NCBI RefSeq assembly: GCF_001457595.1 | Contig: NZ_LN831039.1 | Coordinates: forward strand, 1,950,001 to 1,982,000 | From: Mycolicibacterium smegmatis | Lineage (GTDB): Bacteria > Actinomycetota > Actinomycetes > Mycobacteriales > Mycobacteriaceae | Length of the DNA stretch: 32,000 nucleotides | Direction of reading: 5' to 3' | Shown here: in pieces, positions 1 to 12,707 of the stretch | Position numbering within the stretch: position 1 is the first letter of the stretch | Layout of the letters: the number at the start of each line of letters is the position of its first letter | Notes under the pieces: generated by a model | What the model saw: the letters and a program-made list of their open reading frames with translations, nothing else | Told to the model about the DNA's origin: nothing | Database searches by the model: none | Program-made: the position numbers and the translations under genes

Positions 1-1
1 G

Positions 2-523
2 GCGCGGATCTGGGATGTCCCCGACGAACCGGTCGGCATCGGCGTCTCACTGACAGGCGAGAGGGCCCTCGACAAACTCGCGGTCTCGACGGACCACCTG
101 ATCAACGCCGCGCCGGACGCGGCGGTGGTCGAGGGATGGCGCAAGCGCCGTGAGGCCACCGGAATACTGCCCGCGGGCCGCGTGGTCGGACAGATACCGG
201 TGTGCTGGGATCCCGACAAGGACGCCGCCATCGCCCGCGCACACGATCAGTTCCGGTGGTTCGCCGGCGGGTGGGCGGTGAACGCCGACCTGCCCACCCC
301 GGCCGGTTTCGCGGCCGCGACACAGTTCGTGCGGCCCGAGGACGTCGCGTCGGCCATTCCCTGCGGTCCCGACCTCGACGCGATCGTCGCCGCCGTCGAC
401 GAGTACCGCCAGGCGGGCTTCACCGATATCGCGCTGATCCAGATCGGTGGCGACAGCCAGGAGCAGTTCCTTGCCGAGGCCGCCAAGCCGCTACTCGCGG
501 CGCTGCGCGAGAGTGCCGGGTGA
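2..523 (+). CDS. F420-dependent LLM-class oxidoreductase (TIGR03557-like), C-terminal part; 5' end outside window
   Basis: Open frame from base 2 (ARIWDVPDEPVGIGVSLTGERALDKLAV...) to the stop at 523. Motifs such as GGWAVNADLPTP and YRQAGFTDIALIQIGGDSQEQFL resemble G6PD-like F420 oxidoreductases. Confidence 0.85.
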   Translation, partial: ARIWDVPDEPVGIGVSLTGERALDKLAVSTDHLINAAPDAAVVEGWRKRREATGILPAGRVVGQIPVCWDPDKDAAIARAHDQFRWFAGGWAVNADLPTPAGFAAATQFVRPEDVASAIPCGPDLDAIVAAVDEYRQAGFTDIALIQIGGDSQEQFLAEAAKPLLAALRESAG

Positions 524-1054
524 GGCGGCCGTCGAGCCGGGACGACCGCCCATGGGCTGCCCCGACCGCATGGTGAACGGCCAGACGATCCAACAACCCA
601 CGAACACAACCAGTGCCACCGCACCCGCGGTGAATCCGGCCGGGCGGCCGGCGACGGTGTCGAAGATGATCAGCACCACGCCCGCCATCGCGAACCCCAG
701 CAACAGCAGTCCCGCGTAGGCGCAGCGGTGTGCCGCGGTCACCACGAGATTCATCCGGTGACGCCGGAACACCATGCGGTGCATGGCAACCGGAGCCACG
801 AGCAGCGCGGTGGATCCGGCCGAGCACGCGACGGTGATCAGGAAGACCGTGCGCATGGTCCCGTCGAGAACGTCGAACTCCTCCTGGAACGGCAGGGTCA
901 ACAGCAGGCCGGTGAGTAGCTGGACGCCCGTCTGCACCACACGGAGTTCCTGCAACAGGTTGTTCCAGTTACGGTCGAGCCGTTCGGCCTCGGTCTCGTT
1001 GCGCGCCACCCCGGGAGGCCGTTTGTCGTCGTGGGCGCGCATGTGGTCGATCAT
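491..1054 (-). CDS. DUF6328 family membrane protein
   Basis: Frame inside ORF 491..1825(-), likely start MIDHMRAHDDKRP. Has ETEAERLDRNWNNLLQELRVVQTGVQLLTGLLLTLPFQ and four hydrophobic segments. Confidence 0.8.
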   Translation of the reverse strand: MIDHMRAHDDKRPPGVARNETEAERLDRNWNNLLQELRVVQTGVQLLTGLLLTLPFQEEFDVLDGTMRTVFLITVACSAGSTALLVAPVAMHRMVFRRHRMNLVVTAAHRCAYAGLLLLGFAMAGVVLIIFDTVAGRPAGFTAGAVALVVFVGCWIVWPFTMRSGQPMGGRPGSTAASPGTLAQRRE

Positions 1055-1109
1055 GCATCGCCGACGACGAACCCGGTACAAAAGGCGCGTTTCCGGGTAC
1101 GTCTGAGGT

Positions 1110-1241
1110 ATGGACGGCGGTTCGCCGCACATGCTGCGGCGCCTTCTCATCTCACTGGCGCTGATTCTGGCCGTGGTGATCGCGATCGTCGCAGCGGTGT
1201 ACGCGATGGCGTTCATCATGCTCGCCCCGATGATGACCTGA
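1110..1241 (+). CDS. Possible small single-pass membrane protein (43 aa)
   Basis: Read directly: MDGGSPHMLRRLLISLALILAVVIAIVAAVYAMAFIMLAPMMT*. It has one strong TM segment and lies in the gap before chaB. It is below the ORF-track length cutoff. Confidence 0.45.
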   Translation: MDGGSPHMLRRLLISLALILAVVIAIVAAVYAMAFIMLAPMMT

Positions 1242-1251
1242 GGTGGTCGAG

Positions 1252-1278
1252 GGTTTCCCGAATGCCGACGTTGGGCAT
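1252..1278 (+). promoter_or_regulatory. SigF-type promoter upstream of chaB-rsbW-sigF
   Basis: GGTTT (1252-1256) - 16 nt - GGGCAT (1273-1278), close to the mycobacterial SigF consensus GGTTT-N15-17-GGGTAT, 56 nt upstream of chaB. Confidence 0.65.
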
Positions 1279-1333
1279 CCGGTGGGGCGGACAGCGGAAT
1301 CGATACATGAAGACGTGAGGGACCCGAGAGGAA

Positions 1334-1762
1334 GTGGTCACGGTGCCGAAGACGACCCGTCAGGGTGCGGCCAAGAAGAGCGAACTGCCGAGCACACTGA
1401 AGAAGTCGGACGCCAAGGCGCAGCGGACCTTTGCCAAGGCGCACGACGCGGCGGCCGAAGAGTACGGCGAAGGGGAGCGCGCCCACCGCGTCGCGTACTC
1501 CGCGCTGAAGCACAGCTACGAGAAGGTGGGCGACCACTGGGAGGCCAAGACGCGTCGTGGCCCGTCCGATCAGCGCGCACGTGGCGGCGGTCCGAACGCG
1601 AAGGGCAAGACGGCCGAAGGCGTGGACGCGCACGCCAGCAAGGCCCACCTGCTGCAGATCGCCAGGCGCCTCGACATCCGGGGCCGCTCGACGATGAACA
1701 AGGGCGACCTGGTGACCGCTATCGAGAAGGCGAACCGGCGCGAAACCCGGGCCAGGCGTTGA
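1334..1762 (+). CDS. chaB: ChaB family protein with C-terminal Rho-N-like domain
   Basis: N-terminal ELPSTLKKSDAKAQRTFAKAHDAAAEEYGEGERAHRVAYSALKHSYEKVGDHWEAK is ChaB-like. The C-terminus SKAHLLQIARRLDIRGRSTMNKGDLVTAIEKAN is Rho_N-like. It lies directly upstream of rsbW-sigF. Confidence 0.85.
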   Translation: MVTVPKTTRQGAAKKSELPSTLKKSDAKAQRTFAKAHDAAAEEYGEGERAHRVAYSALKHSYEKVGDHWEAKTRRGPSDQRARGGGPNAKGKTAEGVDAHASKAHLLQIARRLDIRGRSTMNKGDLVTAIEKANRRETRARR

Positions 1763-1865
1763 ACCGCCACCGCGGGCCGTGTGATCCGGCAGCGGAACAA
1801 GGAGTGGCGCGGTGAATCCACCCACCCGCCTGAGGTACTGTCGGTCACAAATTCCAGGAGGTCAG

Positions 1866-2282
1866 ATGGCGGAAACACCCGCTCGGGGCGAGCGGTCGGT
1901 AGAGATCCGCGTCGCCGCGATGTTGGAGAACCTGGCGGTGGTGCGCACCGTGGTCGCTGCGATCGCAACGTTCGAGGACCTCGACTTCGACGTGGTCGCG
2001 GATCTGCGGCTGGCGGTCGACGAGGCATGCACCACGTTGATCAGGTCGGCGGTGCCTGACGCGACGCTCGTCCTGCGGGTGGATCCCGGTCCCGATGCCG
2101 TGGTTATCTCCACGTCCACGGTGTGTATCGGCGACAATGTCGTCGAGCCCGGCAGTTTCAGCTGGCACGTGCTGAGTTCTCTCACCGACGAGGTGAACAC
2201 ATTCACAGATGGGTCCGGGCCTGAAGAGGGGCAGGTGTTCGGCATCACGATGACCACGAGGCGAGCGAGCCTGCTGCGGTGA
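1866..2282 (+). CDS. rsbW: Anti-sigma-F factor RsbW/UsfX
   Basis: AGGAGG ribosome-binding site just before ATG 1866. GHKL-ATPase-like LAVDEACTTLIRSAV. Overlaps the sigF start by 4 nt. Confidence 0.85.
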   Translation: MAETPARGERSVEIRVAAMLENLAVVRTVVAAIATFEDLDFDVVADLRLAVDEACTTLIRSAVPDATLVLRVDPGPDAVVISTSTVCIGDNVVEPGSFSWHVLSSLTDEVNTFTDGSGPEEGQVFGITMTTRRASLLR

Positions 2283-3031
2283 CGTCGGAATACGCAGACG
2301 TTCTCGACATGTTCCGCGAGCTCGCGGGGACAACCGAGGGTTCGCCGAGCTACGTCCGCCAGCGCGAGAAGATCGTCGAGCGGTGCCTTCCGCTCGCCGA
2401 CCACATCGCGCGGCGCTTCGACGGTCGAGGGGAGCCCCGCGAGGATCTGGTGCAGGTCGCGCGAGTGGGCTTGGTGAACGCGGTGAACCGGTTCGACGTG
2501 GAAGCCGGCTCGGACTTCGTGTCGTTCGCCGTGCCCACGATCATGGGCGAGGTCCGCAGGCACTTCCGCGACAACAGCTGGTCGGTGAAGGTGCCTCGCC
2601 GGCTCAAGGAACTCCACTTGCGGCTCGGAGCCGCGACCGCCGAGCTCTCGCAGCGCTTGGGCCGGGCGCCCACCGCATCGGAGCTGGCGCACGAACTGGA
2701 CATGGATCGCGAAGAGGTGGTCGAAGGCCTCATCGCGGGCAGTTCGTACAACACGCTGTCCATCGACAGCGGCGGCGGTGGCGACGAGGAAGCCCCCGCG
2801 ATCGTCGACACGCTCGGCGATCTCGACATGGGCCTCGACCAGATCGACAACCGCGAATCGCTGCGCCCGCTGCTGGCCAGCCTGCCGGAGCGCGAGCGCA
2901 CCGTGCTGGTGCTGCGATTCTTCGAATCGATGACGCAGACCCAGATCGCCGAGCGGGTCGGCATCTCGCAGATGCACGTCTCCCGTCTGCTGGCCAAGTC
3001 GCTGGCGCGGCTGCGCGACCAGCTGCAGTAG
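2279..3031 (+). CDS. sigF: RNA polymerase sigma factor SigF (SigB/F/G type)
   Basis: Sigma-70 regions 2-4: HIARRFDGRGEPREDLVQVARVGLVNAVNRFD and LASLPERERTVLVLRFFESMTQTQIAERVGISQMHVSRLLAKSLARLRDQL. Downstream of rsbW. Confidence 0.95.
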   Translation: MTSEYADVLDMFRELAGTTEGSPSYVRQREKIVERCLPLADHIARRFDGRGEPREDLVQVARVGLVNAVNRFDVEAGSDFVSFAVPTIMGEVRRHFRDNSWSVKVPRRLKELHLRLGAATAELSQRLGRAPTASELAHELDMDREEVVEGLIAGSSYNTLSIDSGGGGDEEAPAIVDTLGDLDMGLDQIDNRESLRPLLASLPERERTVLVLRFFESMTQTQIAERVGISQMHVSRLLAKSLARLRDQLQ

Positions 3032-3056
3032 CCGGCGGCCGGCGCACACTGGTGGC

Positions 3057-3605
3057 ATGTCGGAACCTCCCGTCGTCGCAGGCGTGGTACTCGCGGCAGG
3101 GGCGGGAACTCGCTTCGGAATGCCGAAAGTGCTTGCCGCCGAAGGTGACTGGCTGAAGACTGCAGTACGTTCCCTGGTCGAGGGCGGCTGCGCGCACGTC
3201 GTCGTCGTGCTCGGCGCAGCCGTCGTCGACGTACCGCAACCGGCCCAGGCCGTCGTGGCCACCGACTGGTCCGACGGATTGTCCGCGTCGCTACGCGCCG
3301 GGGTCGGGGCCGCCGCGCGCACCGGTGCCGACCTGATCGTGTTCAGGCTCGTCGACACACCGGACATCGGCGGTGACGTCATCGCGCGGGTGGCCGCAGC
3401 CGCAGGCGAGTCCGGTCTGGCGCGGGCGACCTACGACGGCAGGCCCGGGCATCCCGTGGTGATCGCCCGCCGGCACTGGCCGGAATTGCTTCGCGTGGTC
3501 CACGGTGACGAGGGGGCCAAGCCGTTCCTGCGCGGGCGCACCGACGTCGTCGCCGTCGAATGCGGCGATCTGGCCACCGGGGCCGACATCGACGTCAGCC
3601 CGTGA
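3057..3605 (+). CDS. MobA-like nucleotidyltransferase (molybdenum cofactor cytidylyl/guanylyltransferase family)
   Basis: VAGVVLAAGAGTRFGMPKVL N-terminal NTP-transferase signature; VDTPDIGGDVIARV; YDGRPGHPVVIARRHWPELL. Confidence 0.85.
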   Translation: MSEPPVVAGVVLAAGAGTRFGMPKVLAAEGDWLKTAVRSLVEGGCAHVVVVLGAAVVDVPQPAQAVVATDWSDGLSASLRAGVGAAARTGADLIVFRLVDTPDIGGDVIARVAAAAGESGLARATYDGRPGHPVVIARRHWPELLRVVHGDEGAKPFLRGRTDVVAVECGDLATGADIDVSP

Positions 3606-3951
3606 CGGATGTGCCGTTCGGCCCCTGCGGACCCAGGCCCAGCATCGCCCCGGCGAACCGTCGCACGCTGTCCTCGGCGATCCGCGCGGCGTCGGTGTGG
3701 CCGGCCCTGGCCCTGCTGTGCACCTCGGCCGTCGCGGGATCGAGGGTGACCTCGGCGAGCATCTCGCCCGTGGTGGGTTCACACACCGCCCACGAGTAGC
3801 ACGTGTCCGAGGCCCACTGCGCCTCGCGCCTGGTGACATGGTCCGGGTCGGTCTCGCCGAGCTCGGAGAGCGCCGGCCGGTCGTCCATCAGATCGTCGGC
3901 CCGTAACGCGCGCAGATACCAAGAGCCCGCGTTGATTTCGACAGGTTCCAT
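3595..3951 (-). CDS. Hypothetical protein, possibly GNAT/acetyltransferase-like
   Basis: Frame MEPVEINAGSWYLRALRADDLMDDRPALSELG...; 'WYLRAL..DD' resembles the N-terminus of a GNAT domain. Convergent with the MobA-like gene. Confidence 0.55.
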   Translation of the reverse strand: MEPVEINAGSWYLRALRADDLMDDRPALSELGETDPDHVTRREAQWASDTCYSWAVCEPTTGEMLAEVTLDPATAEVHSRARAGHTDAARIAEDSVRRFAGAMLGLGPQGPNGTSVTG

Positions 3952-4051
3952 CGTGTTCCCAAATGTCGCGAGGCTGTAGTTACCGGGGAGTGCTCTCGCA
4001 CGATCCCACGACAACTACAGCCTCGGCGGTCGAGTTCGGGCCGGTTCCGGC

Positions 4052-5886
<1,835 letters not shown>

Positions 5887-6100
5887 AATCTATCGCGGGC
5901 AGTTTATGCGCCGCGCATCGAGCCTGCTCCACGCGGTCCGGTTACCCGCGGGTAAGTTCGGTCGGAATGGATTGTGTGTGGCAGCTTTCGGCCGCCGATC
6001 GGCCGCTGGCCAGCACAAACCGTTGCGTCGCCCGATGCGGCTCCATCTTTGCTGTCACCTTCCTGATCGCCCGAAATTCTCAGAAACCGCGTCGGGGTGT

Positions 6101-6120
6101 CGGCCGGCGATCGCCGGCCG
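6101..6120. repeat. Perfect 20-bp palindrome CGGCCGGCGATCGCCGGCCG
   Basis: Sequence equals its own reverse complement. Lies in the accA3/sufE intergenic region. Confidence 0.9.
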
Positions 6121-6242
6121 CCGCACCACGTGGTGACGGAGGGCTACCCGTTCTCGCCGACTCCCGAACCGGAAAGTGGCGACCACTCGACCGGTATGCC
6201 GCCTTGGTCCGAAAGCGGTTGCCGCTCAGCGATTCTCGTGGA

Positions 6243-6659
6243 TCAGGCGGTGCGCAGGCGCCGCTTGATGCGGGTCAGCATCGCCGACATGCCGCGCAAC
6301 CGCAGCGGGCTTATGAGCGCCGCGAGTCCCAGCTCGGAGTAGAAGTCGTCGGGAACCGCGAGGATGTCGGCCGCAGGCTGACCGTCGAGGCCGGCGGCCA
6401 GGATCGCCGCGAATCCCCGCGTGGTCGGGGCCTCGGCCGGTGCGCTGAAGTACAGACGCACGGCCTGGGGATCTGACGCGTCGACATCGAGGAACAGTGG
6501 CGACTGGCATTCCGGTACCGGTTCCATCGCCGCCTCCTCGAGGTGGGCAGGCAACGGCGGCAGCTCGTTGGCGAACTCCAGCAACAGTTGCAGCTTGTCC
6601 TGACCGGCCACTTCCTGGAAGTCCGAGACCACCTCTGCCAGGGCAGCCGGCATGGTCAC
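6243..6659 (-). CDS. SufE family protein (cysteine desulfuration)
   Basis: [39 protein letters not shown] and [15 protein letters not shown] are typical of SufE. Starts at GTG 6659 or ATG 6653, overlapping the sseA stop. Confidence 0.85.
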   Translation of the reverse strand: MTMPAALAEVVSDFQEVAGQDKLQLLLEFANELPPLPAHLEEAAMEPVPECQSPLFLDVDASDPQAVRLYFSAPAEAPTTRGFAAILAAGLDGQPAADILAVPDDFYSELGLAALISPLRLRGMSAMLTRIKRRLRTA

Positions 6660-7543
6660 GGTGCCGAACCCGGGTCCGGACCGACCGCGACCGGCACCCG
6701 CACCGCGTTGCCCCACTCGGTCCACGAACCGTCGTAGTTGCGGACGCCCGGCAGGCCCAGCAGGTGGGTCAACACGAACCAGGTGTGGCTCGAACGCTCA
6801 CCAATGCGGCAGTACACCACGGTCTCGTCATCGGGCGTGAGGAAGCCGTACAGCTCTTCGAGCTCGGCGCGGCTGCGGAACTGGCCGTTGTCCTTGGCGG
6901 CCTTGCCCCAGGGGATGGATTTGGCGGTGGGGATGTGGCCACCCCGCAACGCACCTTCCTCCGGGTAATCCGGCATGTGGGTCCGTTCACCGGTGTACTC
7001 CTGCGGCGAGCGGACGTCGATCAGCGGCTGCTTGCCGAGAATCTCCAGCACGTCCTCTTTGAAGGCGCGGATCGGGGCGTCGTTGCGCTCGACGACCGGG
7101 TACCCGCTCGACTGGCGCGTCGGCACGTCCAGGGTGGTGTCACGACCGTGTGAGACCCACAGGTCGCGCCCGCCGTCGAGCAGGCGCACATCCGGGTGAC
7201 CGAACAGCGTGAAGACCCACAGGGCGTATGCGGCCCACCAGTTGCTCTTGTCGCCGTAGATGACGACGGTGTCGTCGCGGCTGATGCCCTTGCGGTCCAT
7301 CAACGCGGCGAACTGCTCACCGTTGATGTAGTCCCGCACGTGGGGGTCGTTGAGGTCGGTGTGCCAGTCGATCTTCACCGCCCCGGGGATGTGTCCGGTG
7401 TCGTAGAGGAGGACGTCTTCGTCGGACTCGACGATGGCCAGGCCGGGCCGACCGAGGTTACTGGCGAGCCAGTCGGCGGTCACCAGGCGTTCCGGGTGGG
7501 CGTATTCGGCGAGAGTGGGGCTGGGATCTGCAGGCAGCGACAC
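6656..7543 (-). CDS. sseA: Thiosulfate sulfurtransferase (rhodanese)
   Basis: Two rhodanese domains: [30 protein letters not shown] and the active-site loop [22 protein letters not shown]. Confidence 0.93.
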   Translation of the reverse strand: MSLPADPSPTLAEYAHPERLVTADWLASNLGRPGLAIVESDEDVLLYDTGHIPGAVKIDWHTDLNDPHVRDYINGEQFAALMDRKGISRDDTVVIYGDKSNWWAAYALWVFTLFGHPDVRLLDGGRDLWVSHGRDTTLDVPTRQSSGYPVVERNDAPIRAFKEDVLEILGKQPLIDVRSPQEYTGERTHMPDYPEEGALRGGHIPTAKSIPWGKAAKDNGQFRSRAELEELYGFLTPDDETVVYCRIGERSSHTWFVLTHLLGLPGVRNYDGSWTEWGNAVRVPVAVGPDPGSAP

Positions 7544-7692
7544 ACCATGAGCCTACCGCCGAGAGCACGGGTGTTGTCGGGGCACTGGGGCGTAACGCCT
7601 GATCGCCGCCCCGAATCACTGCACGTTCGCCCAGTTCGGCGGCGTCAGGTTCCATCTGTGGGCGTTGCGATGGCTGACGGTTGCCAACCAGG

Positions 7693-7953
7693 TCAGGCCG
7701 TGAACACCACCTCATAGGCCACGGCGTAGCGGCGGGGCCCGGACTTGGTGCGGAAGAGGGATCCGCCGTCCTGGCACCACGTGACGACCCGCAGGAGGCG
7801 TTTGCCCGGTGCGAGCCGCTTGGCGATCACATCGGCGAATGCGGCGCGCAGCCGCTCCAGATCATGAGTCTCGATGTCACGTTCAACCCGGACATCCCAC
7901 ATCGTTTCTTCGACCGGCATCGCCCCAGTGTCGACCGATGTGATCCGATTCAC
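7693..7953 (-). CDS. Hypothetical protein (86 aa)
   Basis: Open frame MNRITSVDTGAMPVEETMWDVRVERDIETHD..., fills an otherwise empty interval. Start codon uncertain (second Met at codon 12). Confidence 0.4.
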   Translation of the reverse strand: MNRITSVDTGAMPVEETMWDVRVERDIETHDLERLRAAFADVIAKRLAPGKRLLRVVTWCQDGGSLFRTKSGPRRYAVAYEVVFTA

Positions 7954-8075
7954 ACCTTTGTGCCCGGCGTGCCGCCCGCTGAGTTTGGTTGCAATTTGGT
8001 CACCGTCCGGTCAGTGGACCGTCACGACACGCATTCTGCCCGTGGGCGTGTCGTGGTCAGCCGGATAATCCGCGC

Positions 8076-8711
8076 TCACCGGCCGTTGGCGGACCAGAGG
8101 TCCGCGACCGACACTTCAAGGCGCTCGAACAACGCCCGCAGCACCGGCAGGCTCACCCCGATCACGTTCGACGGATCGCCCTCGATGCGGTCGATGAACC
8201 AGCCGCCCAATCCGTCGAGCGTGAATGCGCCTGCCACCCAGAGCGGTTCGCCGGTCGCCAGGTACGCCGACAGATCGTCAGGTGAGGGGGTGCCGAAATG
8301 CACTGTGGTGCCTGATGATTCGGTGACATTGCCGACGATCTCGCCGTCGTGCAACCGGATCACGCAGTGCCCGGTGACCAGGTCCGCCGACCGCCCGGAC
8401 ATGGTCTGCCACTGGCGGTGTGCGGCGTCCACCGAACCGGGTTTACCGCACAGTTTTCCGTCGAGAAGCAGCATCGAATCACAGCCGATGACTACGGCGT
8501 CTGCGGCGTCCGAGTGGGACAGGCGCGTCACGACCTCCCCGGCCTTGGCGGACGCCAGGGCCGTGACGACCTGATCCGGTGGAGCCGAGGGGTGCGCGGC
8601 GATGATCGCGTCCTCATCGACATCCGAGACCACGACCAGCGGTTCGATGCCGGCGTTGCGCAGAACGCTCAGCCGGCCCGACGACGCCGAACCCAGAACG
8701 ACTCGGGTCAT
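8076..8711 (-). CDS. maf: Maf family nucleoside triphosphate pyrophosphatase
   Basis: [48 protein letters not shown] and [25 protein letters not shown]. Confidence 0.93.
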   Translation of the reverse strand: MTRVVLGSASSGRLSVLRNAGIEPLVVVSDVDEDAIIAAHPSAPPDQVVTALASAKAGEVVTRLSHSDAADAVVIGCDSMLLLDGKLCGKPGSVDAAHRQWQTMSGRSADLVTGHCVIRLHDGEIVGNVTESSGTTVHFGTPSPDDLSAYLATGEPLWVAGAFTLDGLGGWFIDRIEGDPSNVIGVSLPVLRALFERLEVSVADLWSANGR

Positions 8712-8727
8712 GAGTGGGACACGGGCT

Positions 8728-8807
8728 TCATAAGAGGCTCATCTGAACCCGATGTTCTTCGCGCAAGCAGCTCATCTGAACCCGATGTTCTTCGCGCAAG
8801 CGGCTCA

Positions 8808-8808
<1 letters not shown>
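8728..8808 (-). CDS. Possible repeat-encoded mini-[29 protein letters not shown]
   Basis: ATG (8808-8806) overlaps the accE5 stop as TGATG. It reads through the 33-bp tandem repeat to a TGA at 8728-8730, 17 nt before maf. Confidence 0.2.
8737..8808. repeat. 33-bp tandem direct repeat, two copies plus partial third
   Basis: GCTCATCTGAACCCGATGTTCTTCGCGCAAGCA/G at 8737 and 8770, and the start of another copy (GCTCAT) at 8803. Confidence 0.9.
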
Positions 8809-10747
<1,939 letters not shown>

Positions 10748-10766
10748 TCACGATGGTATCCGCATC

Positions 10767-10783
10767 CTTAAGACGCGTCTAAG
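10767..10783 (-). promoter_or_regulatory. Near-palindromic element upstream of accD5 (CTTAGACGCGTCTTAAG on the minus strand)
   Basis: 22 nt upstream of the accD5 start. Resembles the accA3 upstream element and abuts the IS insertion point. Confidence 0.4.
10779..10783 (+). repeat. 5-bp target site duplication, left copy (CTAAG)
   Basis: CTAAG|CCTGAATCC; matching copy at 12442-12446. Confidence 0.75.
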
Positions 10784-12441
10784 CCTGAATCCGTGGAGCG
10801 GCCCTCCTTGAGGTGTCCGTGTGTGGTTTCTGCTGCGTTCGGTGTTGCGGGCATGCGGTAGTTGCTGGTCTGCCCAGCTTTTCCTGTGTGCTCCGGTTGG
10901 GCCTGTTCGGCGCGTTGGTCAGGTCGTTGCCGGTAGCGGTGGGCTGTATCCGATGGTGTTGCGCCACAACGTGAGCCAGTGCTCTGTCCAGGGCCAGTGC
11001 TCGGGGAGGTGCAGGATCGGTCGACGCTGGGGTCGGGCCAGACGGGCGGGAATGTTGACGATCTTGCGGCGCAGCGTCGCGCCGCGGGCAACCACGTGGG
11101 CACCTCCTGCGAGCACGCCGGCGGCGCGCAGCAGGTTGTGCGCGATCGCCGCGCACAACACCCACGCACTGTTGGCACCGAACTGTCCTGAGGGCATGTG
11201 GGCCAGGGGTCCGTCGATCAGATCGGCGAAGACGGTTTCGATGATCGCGTGCTGGCGGTGGGTGATGTCAGCCTCGGCGGTCGGCAAGTCTGTGTTGGTG
11301 AAGAACGGGTGATACCGCCACACCGGGAACAGCGCGTCCCGAAATCTCGCGTCTTTGACTCGCCGCACCACCAACCGCGCGGTGAACCGATCTTTGGTAG
11401 AGGCGAAGGCGGTGTAGCTGACCTCGGCGACCTCGGCATCAGAAATCCAGTCACCGGTGTCGGGATCACGCACTGCACCGGGATAGTTGACCGGCTCCCA
11501 GGCCTGCTCGTCGATCGAACTGATGGCCCGATCAACCGCGGTATTGCGGGTCATCACCACCGAGAAGTGCGCATTGTGGGCTCGGCAGGCGCCCACCACC
11601 GACCGGGTGCCGTAGGACGAATCGCCACGCACCAGCAGTTGCCCGCGCACGCCGGCGGCGCGGGCGGTGGCGATGGCTTGGGCGACCATGCGGCCCGCAC
11701 CCTTCCCGGAACTGGTCTTACCGGCGCGCAGCCGCATCCCGGCGATCACCGGCGCCGCTCCGGGGGTGCTGATCGTCGTCGCCAACGGGGAGAGCCCTTT
11801 ACGCAGAACCTGCTTACCAGCGATCTTGGTATGCCCGTAGGAGGCACCCTGTTTGGCGTGGCCATAGACCGGGCGCAGCAGTGAGTCGATGTCGATGAAC
11901 GCCCCCGTGTCGGATCCGGGCAGCAGGTCCACCCGCGCACAGAGTGCGGCCAGATGATGACGCAGGACCGACTCCAACTGCCGGGCGTGTCCGAAGGTGA
12001 ACTCCCGCAACAGTGTTCCGATCGTCGATGGTGCATAGACCCCATCGAAGAGCGTCTTCATCCCGCCGCCACGCACGAGGTCGAGGTCATCAATGCTGTC
12101 GGCGCCGGCGCACATTCCGGCGACCACGGTGAGCAGCTTCGGCGACGGGTTGGCCGACCCGGACTTGATCCGTGGTTCGCTGATACGAACCTTGTCGGCC
12201 AGCAACTGTGACAGCCCGGTCTGGGTGGCCAGCGTCATTACCGGCACCAGACCGGCGCACGACACGAGATGGGCATCATCGAAGACCGCCGACGACGCAG
12301 CGAACCTATGGGACACTTTCACCGGAAGTGCCTTTCGAAGTTGTGCCGATAAGTGCCTAGAGAACACTCATCATCACAGCTCAGAAGGCACTTTCCTCGT
12401 CACGACACCCTGCGACCAGCCAATTCATCGGTGGATCGAGG
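10784..12441 (-). mobile_element. IS1380-family insertion sequence, complete (1658 bp)
   Basis: Single IS1380-type transposase, imperfect terminal inverted repeats (left CCTGAATCCGTGGA, right CCTCGATCCACCGA on opposite strands), flanking CTAAG duplication. Confidence 0.85.
10919..12367 (-). CDS. IS1380-family transposase (DDE group 1)
   Basis: LLPGSDTGAFIDIDSLLRPVYGHAKQGASYGHTKIAGKQVLRKGLSPLATTIS; LLVRGDSSYGTRSVVGACRAHNAHFSVVMTRN; HAIIETVFADLIDGPLAHMPSGQFGANSAWVLCAAIAHNLLRAAG. Start could be internal. Confidence 0.9.
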   Translation of the reverse strand: MFSRHLSAQLRKALPVKVSHRFAASSAVFDDAHLVSCAGLVPVMTLATQTGLSQLLADKVRISEPRIKSGSANPSPKLLTVVAGMCAGADSIDDLDLVRGGGMKTLFDGVYAPSTIGTLLREFTFGHARQLESVLRHHLAALCARVDLLPGSDTGAFIDIDSLLRPVYGHAKQGASYGHTKIAGKQVLRKGLSPLATTISTPGAAPVIAGMRLRAGKTSSGKGAGRMVAQAIATARAAGVRGQLLVRGDSSYGTRSVVGACRAHNAHFSVVMTRNTAVDRAISSIDEQAWEPVNYPGAVRDPDTGDWISDAEVAEVSYTAFASTKDRFTARLVVRRVKDARFRDALFPVWRYHPFFTNTDLPTAEADITHRQHAIIETVFADLIDGPLAHMPSGQFGANSAWVLCAAIAHNLLRAAGVLAGGAHVVARGATLRRKIVNIPARLARPQRRPILHLPEHWPWTEHWLTLWRNTIGYSPPLPATT

Positions 12442-12446
12442 CTAAG
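12442..12446 (+). repeat. 5-bp target site duplication, right copy (CTAAG)
   Basis: GGATCGAGG|CTAAG. Confidence 0.75.
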
Positions 12447-12680
12447 AGAGCCCCCAGTGGCGTGTCCCGCGTCACTCATTCTCACAGCGCGGACCTGGGG
12501 CGTCATCGGCTCACATCTTCGGCGGGCATCGCGCGCGGCGCTCATACCGAGGCGCATATACAGGCGACGTCCGGTGCGCCATCGATCGGTTGAGGAGGTT
12601 GATTTTCGGTGGACGGGTGCGCACGGCCCGCGTTCCGCGTGCCCCTGAGCGACGATGAGATGCACTTCACACACCTTTTT

Positions 12681-12707
12681 GGTTACGCGCCAGGGGATTT
12701 CGGGTAT
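12681..12707 (+). promoter_or_regulatory. SigF-like promoter motif in non-coding or decayed region
   Basis: GGTTA (12681-12685) - 16 nt - GGGTAT (12702-12707). Confidence 0.3.

Noticed and set aside
1862-3382. 506-aa ORF antisense to rsbW-sigF and the MobA-like gene
   Set aside because: Shadow of high-GC coding DNA; composition rich in Ser/Thr/Arg/Pro with no recognisable domain, and the opposite strand encodes clear proteins.
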